Notes under the pieces: generated by a model
Seen by the model: only the letters and a program-made list of their open reading frames with translations
The model's database searches: none
What the model was told of the DNA's origin: nothing
Translations under genes and position numbers: made by a program
DNA from: a virus
Direction: 5' to 3' (one strand)
Length of the DNA stretch: 64,000 nt
IMG/VR virus record: IMGVR_UViG_3300022188_000229
Span: 28,896 to 92,895 of that record
Shown: positions 30,821 through 40,492 of the stretch, one piece after another
Layout of the letters: the number at the start of each line of letters is the position of its first letter
Numbering within the stretch: the stretch's first letter is position 1

Positions 30821-32767
30821 ATGTCAAAGAATAACCATACAGTACATCCAGAACTTATTAAGACAGTTGACTATGAGATTTTAGTACTAGGGCTTCCTAA
30901 GAAGGACTTAGAAGATTTACTGACACATTTTGTGGCAGAAAGGGGTAAGATTTCAAGGAGTTTGTACGAAGATTTTCTAATTGCTAACTGTATTGCTAAT
31001 CTAAATCAGTTTATGGCCCACATTAATACAGCGACTATATCTGGAGAAATTGATTTATTAAAGTTACGCCAAGAGATTACTGAGGTAGTATTAACTCATA
31101 ACCCATTACTCCATCCTGAAAAGATAGTTATTAACAGGAACCAGGTATTAAAGCTTCTTGTTGGTAAGATTAATGATGACGCTGATGGTATTCTACTTAA
31201 TGAAAATATTTATTGGAACAAGTCTTACTATGATACTGAGGGGAATTATAAACCAATTTCTTTACAAGATAACTCTAAGAATCATATGGAAAAACCCCCT
31301 ACTAAAAAGACTGAGTCTCCGAAAGGGGATACAGGTAAGAAAGATATTTCAGAGTTAGAGTGGAAGCCTGTACAGGTCTGGTGGACAAGATTAAATGAGT
31401 ACGTTGTCGTTAAACAATACTCTTTAGAGAACATTGATCATATATTGAGGCAGCGTTACTTTCATAATAGCACCAGCTTTAATACATACATAGTGTCTAA
31501 TTGTATCGTAGATGTAGAAGATATTTATGCGCTTATCGATGGCATGGGAGCTAATGTTGATCCTAATAAAGTAATTAGGGAACTATTTGCCTTGTGTGAG
31601 GGTGCTAACGAGGGGTTAAATTTTACTAGAGCTAAAGAACTTCAAGAACCTGAAGAAGGTGGAGATGACAGTTCTAAACTTCGTACTAATTCTCCGGCAC
31701 AGAGGGCTTATACTAAGGGCTATGGGAAGAAGAAATCGCAGAAGAAGATGCCTACGTTTAAAGATGTACCTAAAGCAGACCTATTAAAACTTTCTGATAA
31801 CATGAAAGTAGCTTTGGTTGGGCAGGATGAAGCAGTAGATAAATTAGGTGAAGCTATTAAGAGAGCAAGTGTAGGACTGAAAGACCCTATTAAACCTATT
31901 GGATCGTTTCTTTTTGCAGGAAGGACTGGCTGTGGCAAGACTCTTGCAAGTAAAGTACTCGCTGATGAACTTATTAGGACTAGAAAGAATAGAATAGTGA
32001 TCGATTGTTCTGAGTACACGAATGATCATGAGTATGCTAAATTGATAGGGGCACCAGCAGGATACATTGGTCATGATGATGGTGGAGTGTTAACTAACGC
32101 CGTTGCAGAAACACCTTTTGCAGTTGTAGTGTTTGATGAAATTGAAAAAGCCAGTTCTAAGGTATATGATTTACTACTACAGGTTCTTGATGAAGGACGT
32201 TTAACTGATGGTAAGGGGCGTGCAGTATCCTTTAGAGATACAATCATTGTGCTTACCTCTAATATTGGTGTCCAAGAAGTAGACGCAGTGACAAAGACTA
32301 TTGGTTTTGGAGATGTCGCTATTCTTACTGAAGATAAAAAAAGAGGCGCACTCAATAAAGCATTAAAGAAAAAATTTAAACCTGAGTTCCTAAATAGAAT
32401 TGATTCTGTAGTACATTTTAAGGACCTATCTGACGAGGACTATATGAAAATTATAGACATTGAATTGTATAAGCTCGGAGATAACCTGAAATCCAATGAC
32501 ACAGAGTATAAAGATGTTACATTGAACTTTGATAAGAAGATAAGAAAATTGATCTTTAAAGAGGGAGTAGATGAAAAGTTTGGTGCAAGACCTATTAAGA
32601 GAGCTATAGAACAAAACATCTCTTCTGAGGTCGCCGGTCTTCTTCTTGAAGGTAATTTTTCTCCTTATGTAACCATTAGTGTATCAGAGAAAGCAGGTAA
32701 GGTAGTACTTACAACTAAAGACAAAGAGAAAGAACAGGAGATTAATCTTCTTGTTAATACAAAATAA
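30821..32767 (+). CDS. ClpA/ClpB-type AAA+ ATPase (second AAA module only) with a novel N-terminus
   Basis: VGQDEAV, GRTGCGKT, LIGAPAGYIG, FDEIEKA, GRLTD, PEFLNRID, GARP. Confidence 0.9.
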   Translation: MSKNNHTVHPELIKTVDYEILVLGLPKKDLEDLLTHFVAERGKISRSLYEDFLIANCIANLNQFMAHINTATISGEIDLLKLRQEITEVVLTHNPLLHPEKIVINRNQVLKLLVGKINDDADGILLNENIYWNKSYYDTEGNYKPISLQDNSKNHMEKPPTKKTESPKGDTGKKDISELEWKPVQVWWTRLNEYVVVKQYSLENIDHILRQRYFHNSTSFNTYIVSNCIVDVEDIYALIDGMGANVDPNKVIRELFALCEGANEGLNFTRAKELQEPEEGGDDSSKLRTNSPAQRAYTKGYGKKKSQKKMPTFKDVPKADLLKLSDNMKVALVGQDEAVDKLGEAIKRASVGLKDPIKPIGSFLFAGRTGCGKTLASKVLADELIRTRKNRIVIDCSEYTNDHEYAKLIGAPAGYIGHDDGGVLTNAVAETPFAVVVFDEIEKASSKVYDLLLQVLDEGRLTDGKGRAVSFRDTIIVLTSNIGVQEVDAVTKTIGFGDVAILTEDKKRGALNKALKKKFKPEFLNRIDSVVHFKDLSDEDYMKIIDIELYKLGDNLKSNDTEYKDVTLNFDKKIRKLIFKEGVDEKFGARPIKRAIEQNISSEVAGLLLEGNFSPYVTISVSEKAGKVVLTTKDKEKEQEINLLVNTK

Positions 32768-32779
32768 AGAGGAACTATA

Positions 32780-33265
32780 ATGTCATTAAGACGAACTACA
32801 TATGATGTTGGTGCAATGTTGGGGGCTTTTAGGGTCCCCTACAATGTGACCAGTGTAATAAAAAATATTACTACACAGTATGTTATTGAAGATTTTGGTG
32901 TAGTGATAAGTGTAATTAATCCTGGCGACTACGGGATGATTAATGAGCGTTTAGATACAGTATTAAAGGGATATAGAAAGTTATTTATCTCTAGTAATGA
33001 TAATTTAAACGATAAACGTTATGAGATAATTTGGTCCCTCATGAGATCAGGTTATATGAAATGGTTGAGGTATACATACCCGGCACAATTCGTTAATATA
33101 GTGGACACAGATAATTTAGGCGGACGTATAATAGATGAACGTATAGCTGTATGGGGCAATGCCCCTAAGTATAGATATCTAGTAGCAGATAATATAGAAG
33201 CAAAGAGCGCAGGGTTTAGGCAGTTACTTAGCCGTGACCCCTCATTCTTTGACTACATGCCTTAA
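32780..33265 (+). CDS. Hypothetical protein
   Basis: RBS GAGG; in operon. Confidence 0.6.
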   Translation: MSLRRTTYDVGAMLGAFRVPYNVTSVIKNITTQYVIEDFGVVISVINPGDYGMINERLDTVLKGYRKLFISSNDNLNDKRYEIIWSLMRSGYMKWLRYTYPAQFVNIVDTDNLGGRIIDERIAVWGNAPKYRYLVADNIEAKSAGFRQLLSRDPSFFDYMP

Positions 33266-33275
33266 GGAGGTTAAA

Positions 33276-33452
33276 ATGTTTACAACTAATGGAAGGGCTG
33301 GCAAAAGAGCCAGTAAAGAAAGAGCTAGCGTTAAAGGGAAAGAGTTTTCTTGTACTGCGTGTGGCGCAAGAAAACGTGTAGCTAATGTAGAGTTTGGAGA
33401 AGAGATAGTGTGCGAGTGCGGCAAACCCATGGTGGAGAGTTATGAAGAGTAA
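33276..33452 (+). CDS. Small Zn-ribbon protein
   Basis: CTACG and CECG; RBS AGGAGG. Confidence 0.65.
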   Translation: MFTTNGRAGKRASKERASVKGKEFSCTACGARKRVANVEFGEEIVCECGKPMVESYEE

Positions 33453-33804
33453 GTTCTTTTCTGGTGTATCTTCTAAGATAATAGCTTGGGCTACAGTGTT
33501 GGCAACAATAGTTGCTATTGTTACTGCGATGGCTATGTTTGATGATAGATATGCTAGAGCTGAAGATTCAAAGGAAACACACGAAGAGATAATAGAATCT
33601 ATAAAATTAATGAACATTAACATGAAGATAAATGGACTACAGAGCCAAAGGATCATGTTGAAAATGAATAAAAGAGATTTAATGTTAAAACAAGCAGAAA
33701 ACCCTGAAGATCCTACTATTAGATGTCTATTAGAAGATGCTAATGAAGATATGGCTACTATTAATAGACGCATAGGTGATTTAGAGAATGAGCAACTTAG
33801 ATAA
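33442..33804 (+). CDS. Protein with N-terminal transmembrane helix and coiled coil
   Basis: IIAWATVLATIVAIVTAMAMF. Confidence 0.6.
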   Translation: MKSKFFSGVSSKIIAWATVLATIVAIVTAMAMFDDRYARAEDSKETHEEIIESIKLMNINMKINGLQSQRIMLKMNKRDLMLKQAENPEDPTIRCLLEDANEDMATINRRIGDLENEQLR

Positions 33805-33818
33805 AGGAGCACCGAACT

Positions 33819-34565
33819 ATGGTAGAAGAGACCACTAACGGAGTAACTAATGGGGATGTGAAAACGGAAGAACCTTCTCTTGTTAGATTATTGGATACAA
33901 CTTATCCATTACTAGCTAGATTTAGAGAGCTGTGTCCTGGTACGTATAAACATTCTCAAGCACTGGCTTCGATGATTGAAGGTGTTAGTTTAGCACTAGG
34001 GTTAGATACAGATCTACTAAAATTAGCAGCTACATATCATGATATAGGTAAGACCTTTAATCCTAAGTATTTTACAGAGAATCAGATGGAAGATGAAGAC
34101 ACTCATGAAGGCTTAGACCCAAAAATTAGTTATGAGATTATAACTAGACATGTGTCAGATAGTGTTATTATTCTATTAAATGATAGTAATTTTCCACGTA
34201 AGGTTATTGAGATTATTAGTCAACACCACGGTAAGAATGTACTAAAATATTTCTTTAAGAAATCTGGAAAAGATGTTGAGGATTTTTTTAGATATAAGAC
34301 CACTAAACCCACTTGCATAGAGTCAGCTATTCTAATGATTTGTGATGCTGTTGAAGCTACAAGCAGGTCCCAGGTACAGGCGGGTAAGTTTGATCCTAGC
34401 AAAGTAATTGAAAGTACAATTAATGGTTTAATAAATGATGGGCAGCTAGATGAAGTTTACATGAGGCTGGGTGATCTAAAGAAAGTTAAAGTAGCTTTAG
34501 GTAAAGAACTTGAAGGTACTTATCAGAAACGAGTAGATTATGAAGAGGTAGAGGTGAGTAAATGA
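33819..34565 (+). CDS. Stand-alone HDIG phosphohydrolase resembling the HD domain of PgpH/7TM-HD proteins
   Basis: PGTYKHS, YHDIGK..NPKYFTENQ, QHHG, MICDAVEA.SRS. Confidence 0.85.
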   Translation: MVEETTNGVTNGDVKTEEPSLVRLLDTTYPLLARFRELCPGTYKHSQALASMIEGVSLALGLDTDLLKLAATYHDIGKTFNPKYFTENQMEDEDTHEGLDPKISYEIITRHVSDSVIILLNDSNFPRKVIEIISQHHGKNVLKYFFKKSGKDVEDFFRYKTTKPTCIESAILMICDAVEATSRSQVQAGKFDPSKVIESTINGLINDGQLDEVYMRLGDLKKVKVALGKELEGTYQKRVDYEEVEVSK

Positions 34566-35023
34566 CAGAGGCTGATGGAGTAATAATACTTGTAGTTGCT
34601 GTAGTGATCTGTATGTTTGGTCTTATATTTGGTGTTCTTAGCCTTCTAAAGCATTTAAAGTTACGTCGTGAGTATGATAATTTATTTGTTTATAATGAAA
34701 ACCTAATGGAAAAATTTAATAAGACTATTCACCAGAAAAAAAGTTCTGAAGTACGGCTTGGAAAGATAGGAGAGAACCTAGCTCCTTTTACTAAGTGCTG
34801 GCCTTGGGACCCTAATGATTTTAGATTTCTTGGTTCACCCATAGATGGTATGCAGTTCACAGAGGAAATGATTTATTTAGTAGAGATAAAGACCGGCAAG
34901 AGTCGGCTAAGTAAAAAGCAAGCTCGTTGTAGAGAGCTAGTAAAAGCAGGTAAAGTAGCATTTGTTTCATGCCGTATAGGTGAAGATGAGATAGAGATAA
35001 AAGAGACTAATTTTTTAAAGTAA
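34562..35023 (+). CDS. Membrane-anchored Holliday-junction-resolvase-like endonuclease
   Basis: GKIGENLAPF, FRFLGSPIDG, VEIKTG; N-terminal TM helix. Confidence 0.8.
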   Translation: MTEADGVIILVVAVVICMFGLIFGVLSLLKHLKLRREYDNLFVYNENLMEKFNKTIHQKKSSEVRLGKIGENLAPFTKCWPWDPNDFRFLGSPIDGMQFTEEMIYLVEIKTGKSRLSKKQARCRELVKAGKVAFVSCRIGEDEIEIKETNFLK

Positions 35024-35049
35024 CCTCAATATAGATAAGGAGAATTATT

Positions 35050-35379
35050 ATGATAGAAATAACAAAAGATGCAATTAAAAATATACTGGAGTATTTTAAT
35101 GGTAAAGATGTAACACCGGTTAGAATATTTATGAACAGTAGTGGCTGAGGTGGCGGTGGCTTAGCTTTAGCTCTGGATGAGTTAAAAGAAAATGATTATA
35201 AAATAGAAGACTCAGGACTAACTTTAGTCGCTGACAAAGACTTCTTAGAGGAAACTGGTACGATCATTATTGATTGGACTGGTATGGGATTTAATTTAAA
35301 ATCCGAGAAACAGCTAGTCAAAGCTACGGGAGATTGTGGTGGGTGTGCTAGTGGTTCTTGTGGAGACGAGGAGAAATAA
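35050..35379 (+). CDS. IscA/HesB-like selenoprotein (109 aa; UGA at codon 33 read as Sec), not in the ORF track
   Basis: RBS AAGGAG. MIEITKDAIKNILEYFNGKDVTPVRIFMNSSG-U-GGGGLALALDE...DWTGMGF...CGGCASGSC. TGA at 35146-35148 occupies the family's Cys/Sec position. Read-through fills the gap to the next ATG at 35381. Confidence 0.88.
35165..35188 (+). promoter_or_regulatory. Putative bacterial SECIS hairpin
   Basis: TTTAGCTC-TGGAT-GAGTTAAA: 8-bp stem, G at loop position 2, loop begins about 25 nt after the UGA. Confidence 0.75.
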
Positions 35380-35380
35380 T

Positions 35381-35716
35381 ATGAAAATAAGTATTTTCCA
35401 ATTAATTAGTTGGGGGTTTCTAGTAAAGAGTGAGATCAACAAGGCTTATGCTGATGATAATACCATTAGTGCTAAAGAGATGCTATCTATGTATAAAACT
35501 CTCTCACAGGAGATCAAACTTCCTGTAGATGAGAAAGTACAGAACGCACTCGATCTAGTGAGTGAGCTGATTGATGAATTAGCTCTAATTACAGATGACA
35601 ATAAAGTATCTGTGGCTGAGATTGTAAGCTTGGCTGAGAAGATTTGTGAACGAATGGGCATCGATCTAGACAAAACTAGTTTTGATATCCCAGAGATTGG
35701 TAAGACAGAAGAGTAA
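35381..35716 (+). CDS. Hypothetical protein with internal DD-N-x-(I/V)S repeat
   Basis: ATG at 35381 after GAGGAG; ADDNTISAKE and TDDNKVSVAE. Confidence 0.6.
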   Translation: MKISIFQLISWGFLVKSEINKAYADDNTISAKEMLSMYKTLSQEIKLPVDEKVQNALDLVSELIDELALITDDNKVSVAEIVSLAEKICERMGIDLDKTSFDIPEIGKTEE

Positions 35717-35732
35717 CATATAGGAGAAAACT

Positions 35733-35987
35733 ATGATAGAACAATACGCAGAAGAACTAACAAAGGTTATTATGATGATGGGAGTTAACTTAACTTACGC
35801 AGCATTATGTATATTTCTAGGTATTTTATCTATGGTAGTGGGTTATAAAATATTTGATAAACTAACACCCTTCGATACAGGCAAAGAGCTTGCTAATGAA
35901 AACAATGCAGTTGCTATTTTTAATGGTGCTATTGTATTGGGGGTGGGTCTATGTTCAGGCATAATTATAGGACTTGCCTGCAACTAG
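35733..35987 (+). CDS. DUF350-like membrane protein
   Basis: Two TM helices; FDKLTPFD..KEL...N.AVAI. Confidence 0.75.
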   Translation: MIEQYAEELTKVIMMMGVNLTYAALCIFLGILSMVVGYKIFDKLTPFDTGKELANENNAVAIFNGAIVLGVGLCSGIIIGLACN

Positions 35988-36553
35988 TTATTGTTTTAGT
36001 AGTGGTGTTACTGGCACAGATATGTAGTGCTTCTTTATCAATAAAAAAACCCATAGATAGATTTAGTAATAAGTATGATGTTCATTTTAAGAAGGCATCA
36101 AAAAGATATTTTAGCGTAGGGTTAGACTACCGATGGTTTAAAGCTCAAAGTTTTGCCGAAAGTAATCTCAACCCTACAGCTGTTTCTCCTGTAGGTGCTA
36201 AGGGAATCATGCAAGTTATGGACCCTACCTATGCAGAGATTAAAAGAAAGACAGGGATTACAGGTAATGTATTTAATGCAAGATGGAATATAATGGCTGG
36301 AATCTACTACAATTCCTACCTGTATGGGCAATGGAGATCACCTCGTCCTGAACTAGATCGCTTAGCACTTATGTTTGCTTCCTATAATGCTGGTCTAGGC
36401 AATATTCTAAAAGCACAACAATTATGTAAGAAAGATTGCAACCTTTGGAATTCTATTAAGGTTAGTGGTCCAGATGTCCGGAGTTGGAAAGAAGAAGAGA
36501 CCATTCACTACGTTCATAAAATATTAAAACTTATGGGCTATGAAGGGTACTAA
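35951..36553 (+). CDS. SLT-family lytic transglycosylase (start uncertain)
   Basis: AESNLNP.AVS.VGAKGIMQVM, ASYNAG, ETIHYV; N-terminal hydrophobic anchor. Confidence 0.9.
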   Translation: MFRHNYRTCLQLVIVLVVVLLAQICSASLSIKKPIDRFSNKYDVHFKKASKRYFSVGLDYRWFKAQSFAESNLNPTAVSPVGAKGIMQVMDPTYAEIKRKTGITGNVFNARWNIMAGIYYNSYLYGQWRSPRPELDRLALMFASYNAGLGNILKAQQLCKKDCNLWNSIKVSGPDVRSWKEEETIHYVHKILKLMGYEGY

Positions 36554-36569
36554 AAAGGAGGAGTAAATT

Positions 36570-37844
36570 ATGGCACAAAATTTTGGCAACTTATTTATAA
36601 ATGGTGAGTCAGCTATTGAGGATATGAATGGCACTCATACAGGCGGTATGGTTAATGGCGGTGTTACTATAAGCACGACTGAAAAGAAATATGGTACAGG
36701 TTCTATATCTGCATTAGATTATGTGTACTTAAAGGTAGATGGTAGCCACGCTGATCTTAATTTTGAACTTGAAAATTATACAGTCGATTTTTGGATAAAA
36801 TGGTCCGGCTTTGTTACAATAGGTGATGTTATGACTAAGGGGGCTGCTGGTACCGCTAATAATTTTAGATTGCAGCAAACGGGTGGAAATTCTTTAGAAT
36901 TAATAAGTAATCAAAGCGTTATACTAACAACCGGCACACTTAACGATGGGGAATGGCACCATGTAGCCATAGTTAGAGAAGGGGTAGGTGTTTCTGAAAC
37001 AAAAATTTATCTTGATGGTATCCAAAATGATATTGGGACAGATACAACGAACTATTCTACTACTGGTAATAATTTGTATTTATTCTCAAATTGGGTAGAC
37101 GGCAGCGGCCCAGCATTCTTTGATAATTTTAGATTAACTAAAGGTACTGCTCTTTGGACTGATGATTTTAATACAGCAGATCATGAGTTATTTTATACTG
37201 CACCAGCTAATCCAAATAGACCTGATAATATGTCAGAACTTTTTAATTCTAAACAAACTTCAATGAGAGGCCAAGCTAACGCAGGCTTTTATCGTCCCAC
37301 TATAGCTGAGTTCTTCACAAGTAAGGATTTTATACAAGAGAAAAAAACTATAACAGCTAAGTCAGTAGTACTAGACTTTGCTAACAATTGGGGGAAGGTT
37401 TCTTATATGGGAATAAGATCTGTTGAGTTTAAGTTGGGTGGCTCAGTACTTCCTATAACTACTGGTACTTTTACTGATTATTTTTCTACCGAGTATAATG
37501 CAGCATTTTCAACAGACCACGCTTTTAATATTTGGTTTGCTATTGACGGCTCTTGGAGTGGTAATAGTTGGATGAGCGGTCTTAACATTAGATTTAATCA
37601 GAGAATAATAGTAGTTTTTAATGATGATGTAGAATTTGATGAGATTGTAGTAAACAATACTCATACTTCTGGTACTCAAACAGATACCGGTGTAAAAGAC
37701 ACCAAAATATATAGTTCTACAGATGTTATAACTAATACAGTATTTAATAGTATAGTACCTAATAGTAAATTGCTTTTTGATGGCCAGATTCCCATGCATT
37801 CTGCGGTGAATGGTCGTGACGACTTTGTTGTATATCATAATTAA
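36570..37844 (+). CDS. LamG/concanavalin-like virion or adhesin protein
   Basis: YTVDFWIK, WHHVAIVR, DNFRLTKG; central shared motif RGQANAGFYRPTIAEFFTSKDF. Confidence 0.75.
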   Translation: MAQNFGNLFINGESAIEDMNGTHTGGMVNGGVTISTTEKKYGTGSISALDYVYLKVDGSHADLNFELENYTVDFWIKWSGFVTIGDVMTKGAAGTANNFRLQQTGGNSLELISNQSVILTTGTLNDGEWHHVAIVREGVGVSETKIYLDGIQNDIGTDTTNYSTTGNNLYLFSNWVDGSGPAFFDNFRLTKGTALWTDDFNTADHELFYTAPANPNRPDNMSELFNSKQTSMRGQANAGFYRPTIAEFFTSKDFIQEKKTITAKSVVLDFANNWGKVSYMGIRSVEFKLGGSVLPITTGTFTDYFSTEYNAAFSTDHAFNIWFAIDGSWSGNSWMSGLNIRFNQRIIVVFNDDVEFDEIVVNNTHTSGTQTDTGVKDTKIYSSTDVITNTVFNSIVPNSKLLFDGQIPMHSAVNGRDDFVVYHN

Positions 37845-37862
37845 AATATAAGGAGAAATAGT

Positions 37863-39122
37863 ATGTTAAAAAATTTAGGGAGTTTGTTTGTAGACTTTGA
37901 AGACGCAACAATTGAGGATGAAACAGGCACTTTAAGTCTTCAAAATACTACTGGAATTTCGTATAATACTATTGATTATAAATATGGTTCCTCTAGTATA
38001 AGTTTTTCAGGTAGTAATAGTAATATTGTATTTAGTAGCGCCCCGTCTCTAAATATTGGTTACAATGATTACACTGTTGATGTATGGATGAAAAGAAGTA
38101 CCGTTGACACCTTTGATGCTGTATTTAATATAGGTAACTATTTAGGTAATAGTAGGTCTGAGGGATTACTGATCCTATTGTTCGCTGATTCTGACCTTAT
38201 AGGTTATTATAAAAGCAATTTTGCTAATACTGTAAGTGTGCCTCGTACTACCGAGTGGATGCATTTTGCTATAACAAGATCAAGTGCAGTGCAAAGAATA
38301 TTTATAAATGGGACTTTAATTAGTACCGAAGCATGTACAGCCGATATACAATCAAATAGTAATGGGGTTACTATAGGCTCCTATGGTAATATATCTACTA
38401 AAAATCCATTTGTTGGACTAATGGATAATTTTAGAATTGTAAATAACGAGGCTCTCTGGACAGAAAGTTTTGATATTACTGAGGCTGCATTAGGATATGT
38501 AGATGACATTAAAATTCCTACTTCAAATATCTATCACACTAAAAAAACTAAAATGCGTGGTAAAGCTGCTGAAGGATTTATTCGTCCTACAATTACTGAG
38601 TTTTTTACTAGTAAAGATTTTGAAGAGATACTTAAGACCCCACCACCTACAGTTATAGGTCAAATCTATGAAGGCGGTTATTATATGGGGACTCTTGGAG
38701 GTTATTACCTTGTCTGTTCTCCAGGTGCCACCGGACAAACTACACGAGCAATAAAAACTGTAAATACTGCTACACCAGATACTCAGTCCTTTTCAGATGG
38801 ATATGCTAACACACAGGCTATGATGATAGCAGGCTCTGCTCCAGCAGCTGAATGGTGTACTAGTTTAACTATTGGAGGTTTCTCCGATTGGTATATCCCT
38901 GCTTATTCTGAGTTAAGCTTAATGCGGGCCAACTATGTAGCTCTTGAGGCTGCAGGCGCTGGCACATTTTTTGGAGGTGGTGGATCTTCTGGACATCAAT
39001 GGGCTTCTACTGAAGAAGATTCTCTTCATAATTATTATATGAGGTTTGCTGACGGCAGCTTGCATGATGTGATAAAGACCGGTGTTATTTGGGTTAGACC
39101 TATTAGACGCGTAGCTGTATAA
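37863..39122 (+). CDS. LamG plus DUF1566/C-type-lectin-like virion or adhesin protein
   Basis: WMHFAITR, DNFRI; shared motif; C-terminal DWYIPAYSEL...WASTE...VRPIRR. Confidence 0.75.
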   Translation: MLKNLGSLFVDFEDATIEDETGTLSLQNTTGISYNTIDYKYGSSSISFSGSNSNIVFSSAPSLNIGYNDYTVDVWMKRSTVDTFDAVFNIGNYLGNSRSEGLLILLFADSDLIGYYKSNFANTVSVPRTTEWMHFAITRSSAVQRIFINGTLISTEACTADIQSNSNGVTIGSYGNISTKNPFVGLMDNFRIVNNEALWTESFDITEAALGYVDDIKIPTSNIYHTKKTKMRGKAAEGFIRPTITEFFTSKDFEEILKTPPPTVIGQIYEGGYYMGTLGGYYLVCSPGATGQTTRAIKTVNTATPDTQSFSDGYANTQAMMIAGSAPAAEWCTSLTIGGFSDWYIPAYSELSLMRANYVALEAAGAGTFFGGGGSSGHQWASTEEDSLHNYYMRFADGSLHDVIKTGVIWVRPIRRVAV

Positions 39123-39535
39123 TAAAGCCCCCAGGGGGATAAAAAAATATAAACGATAGTATATGATTTAATAATATTCCCAATGCTACTTATAGTTATC
39201 TTTTTTATAAGAATAACTGTAGAACTTTGGTAGCATTTCATTTACAAAAGTTGTAGGTATAAATTAAGGGGCCCGTTCTATAGCTAGCTAGCCGCCAAAA
39301 AAAAGAGTTTATTAATATAAAAAAAGGGAATACATTCCCTTATTACATAGTATCAGCTCTTTAGTTCTTAAACACTTCATTAATCTAGTGCTTTACGTTG
39401 CCCGCTGTTAGTGTTCGGATTAGTGCTTTGTTAGTGCTAGGAGTTTAGTATAAGGTAGGAAGATAAATAGGTAGGTTATTTTGGAGGGGATGAGGTAGGA
39501 CATAAGGAAGGACGAACTAAAAAAATTAAAACTAC

Positions 39536-39564
39536 TAGGTGCCACGGTAAAACCGTGGCATCTA
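39536..39564. terminator. Hairpin terminator at the end of the - arm, possibly bidirectional
   Basis: TAGGTGCCACGGT-AAA-ACCGTGGCATCTA flanked by A/T tracts. Confidence 0.7.
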
Positions 39565-39581
39565 ATTTTATTTTTAACTGT

Positions 39582-39881
39582 TTACTCTGTGATATGTTTA
39601 ATTGGTTGCTCGACTATAAATTCTTTTACAACCACACCATTAGTGAATCTAATATAGGATGTCTTTCTGACTCCATGCCCGCAGCAGGCATTATCTACAC
39701 CAGGGAGGTCTCCAAGACATGGATCTGACTCTCCCATATTAGATCCTTCAAAGGTTTTACCACATTTAACACAAGGTCGTTTACTGCCCCCATAACCTGG
39801 AATAGGTTCTAAAGTGTCCTCAAACAACCAACTATCATTTTTCCAAACTGTGGGGTGACCTCTCCAATAATCTCTTCTCAT
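39582..39881 (-). CDS. Cys-rich phage hypothetical protein
   Basis: DPCLGDLPGVDNACCGHG. Confidence 0.7.
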   Translation of the reverse strand: MRRDYWRGHPTVWKNDSWLFEDTLEPIPGYGGSKRPCVKCGKTFEGSNMGESDPCLGDLPGVDNACCGHGVRKTSYIRFTNGVVVKEFIVEQPIKHITE

Positions 39882-40308
39882 AGCAATACTTCCAATACTT
39901 CTTTCCAGGTAGGAAATTGATCAGTACCAAATAACATAACCCCACCTTCGAACTTTCTTGCCCTTTACCTGTGCGATTGTCATCAATGAGTACGTCTCCT
40001 CTTAAAAGTCCTTTATAATTACATAAAATCAAGCGGTCTGCCAAATCTATATCAAAGTGTTCCTTAACCCATATCCTTTTACCTGAATAAGACGCAGGGT
40101 TATATGTAGAGGGAGCGGATAAAATATATACATCATGTACCTCTCGTAATTTATTTACGGCTTCTATAGCACCTACTATGGGCTTTAGCCTTGTCCAAAA
40201 TGCTATCCCCTTTTGTGGGTACTTAAGTGAGGGCACTAGTTTCTTCATTATATCATGACCCTCTTTGTAATTACACATAACTCCATCCATATCAATATGT
40301 ATGATCAT
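39878..40308 (-). pseudogene. 5'(3')-deoxyribonucleotidase with a -1 frameshift near 39955
   Basis: IDMDGV...LIDD. The family-like C-terminus FEGGVMLFGTDQFPTWKEVLEVLL lies in another frame, and its TGA overlaps the next ATG. Confidence 0.75.
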
Positions 40309-40492
40309 TCGTCTACCTCTATGATATTATCGTCAGGGTGATACTGCATTGAGCCCGTTAAATTTCCAATTATGTCATCAACTTTATTAATAGCATCCTC
40401 TGGTGACTGAGCCAACACTTCTTCAGTACCATTCATGTAGTAAGCTTTACTCCAAAGTACTTTATATGTTTTTTCTTCCATTTTCGTTCCTT

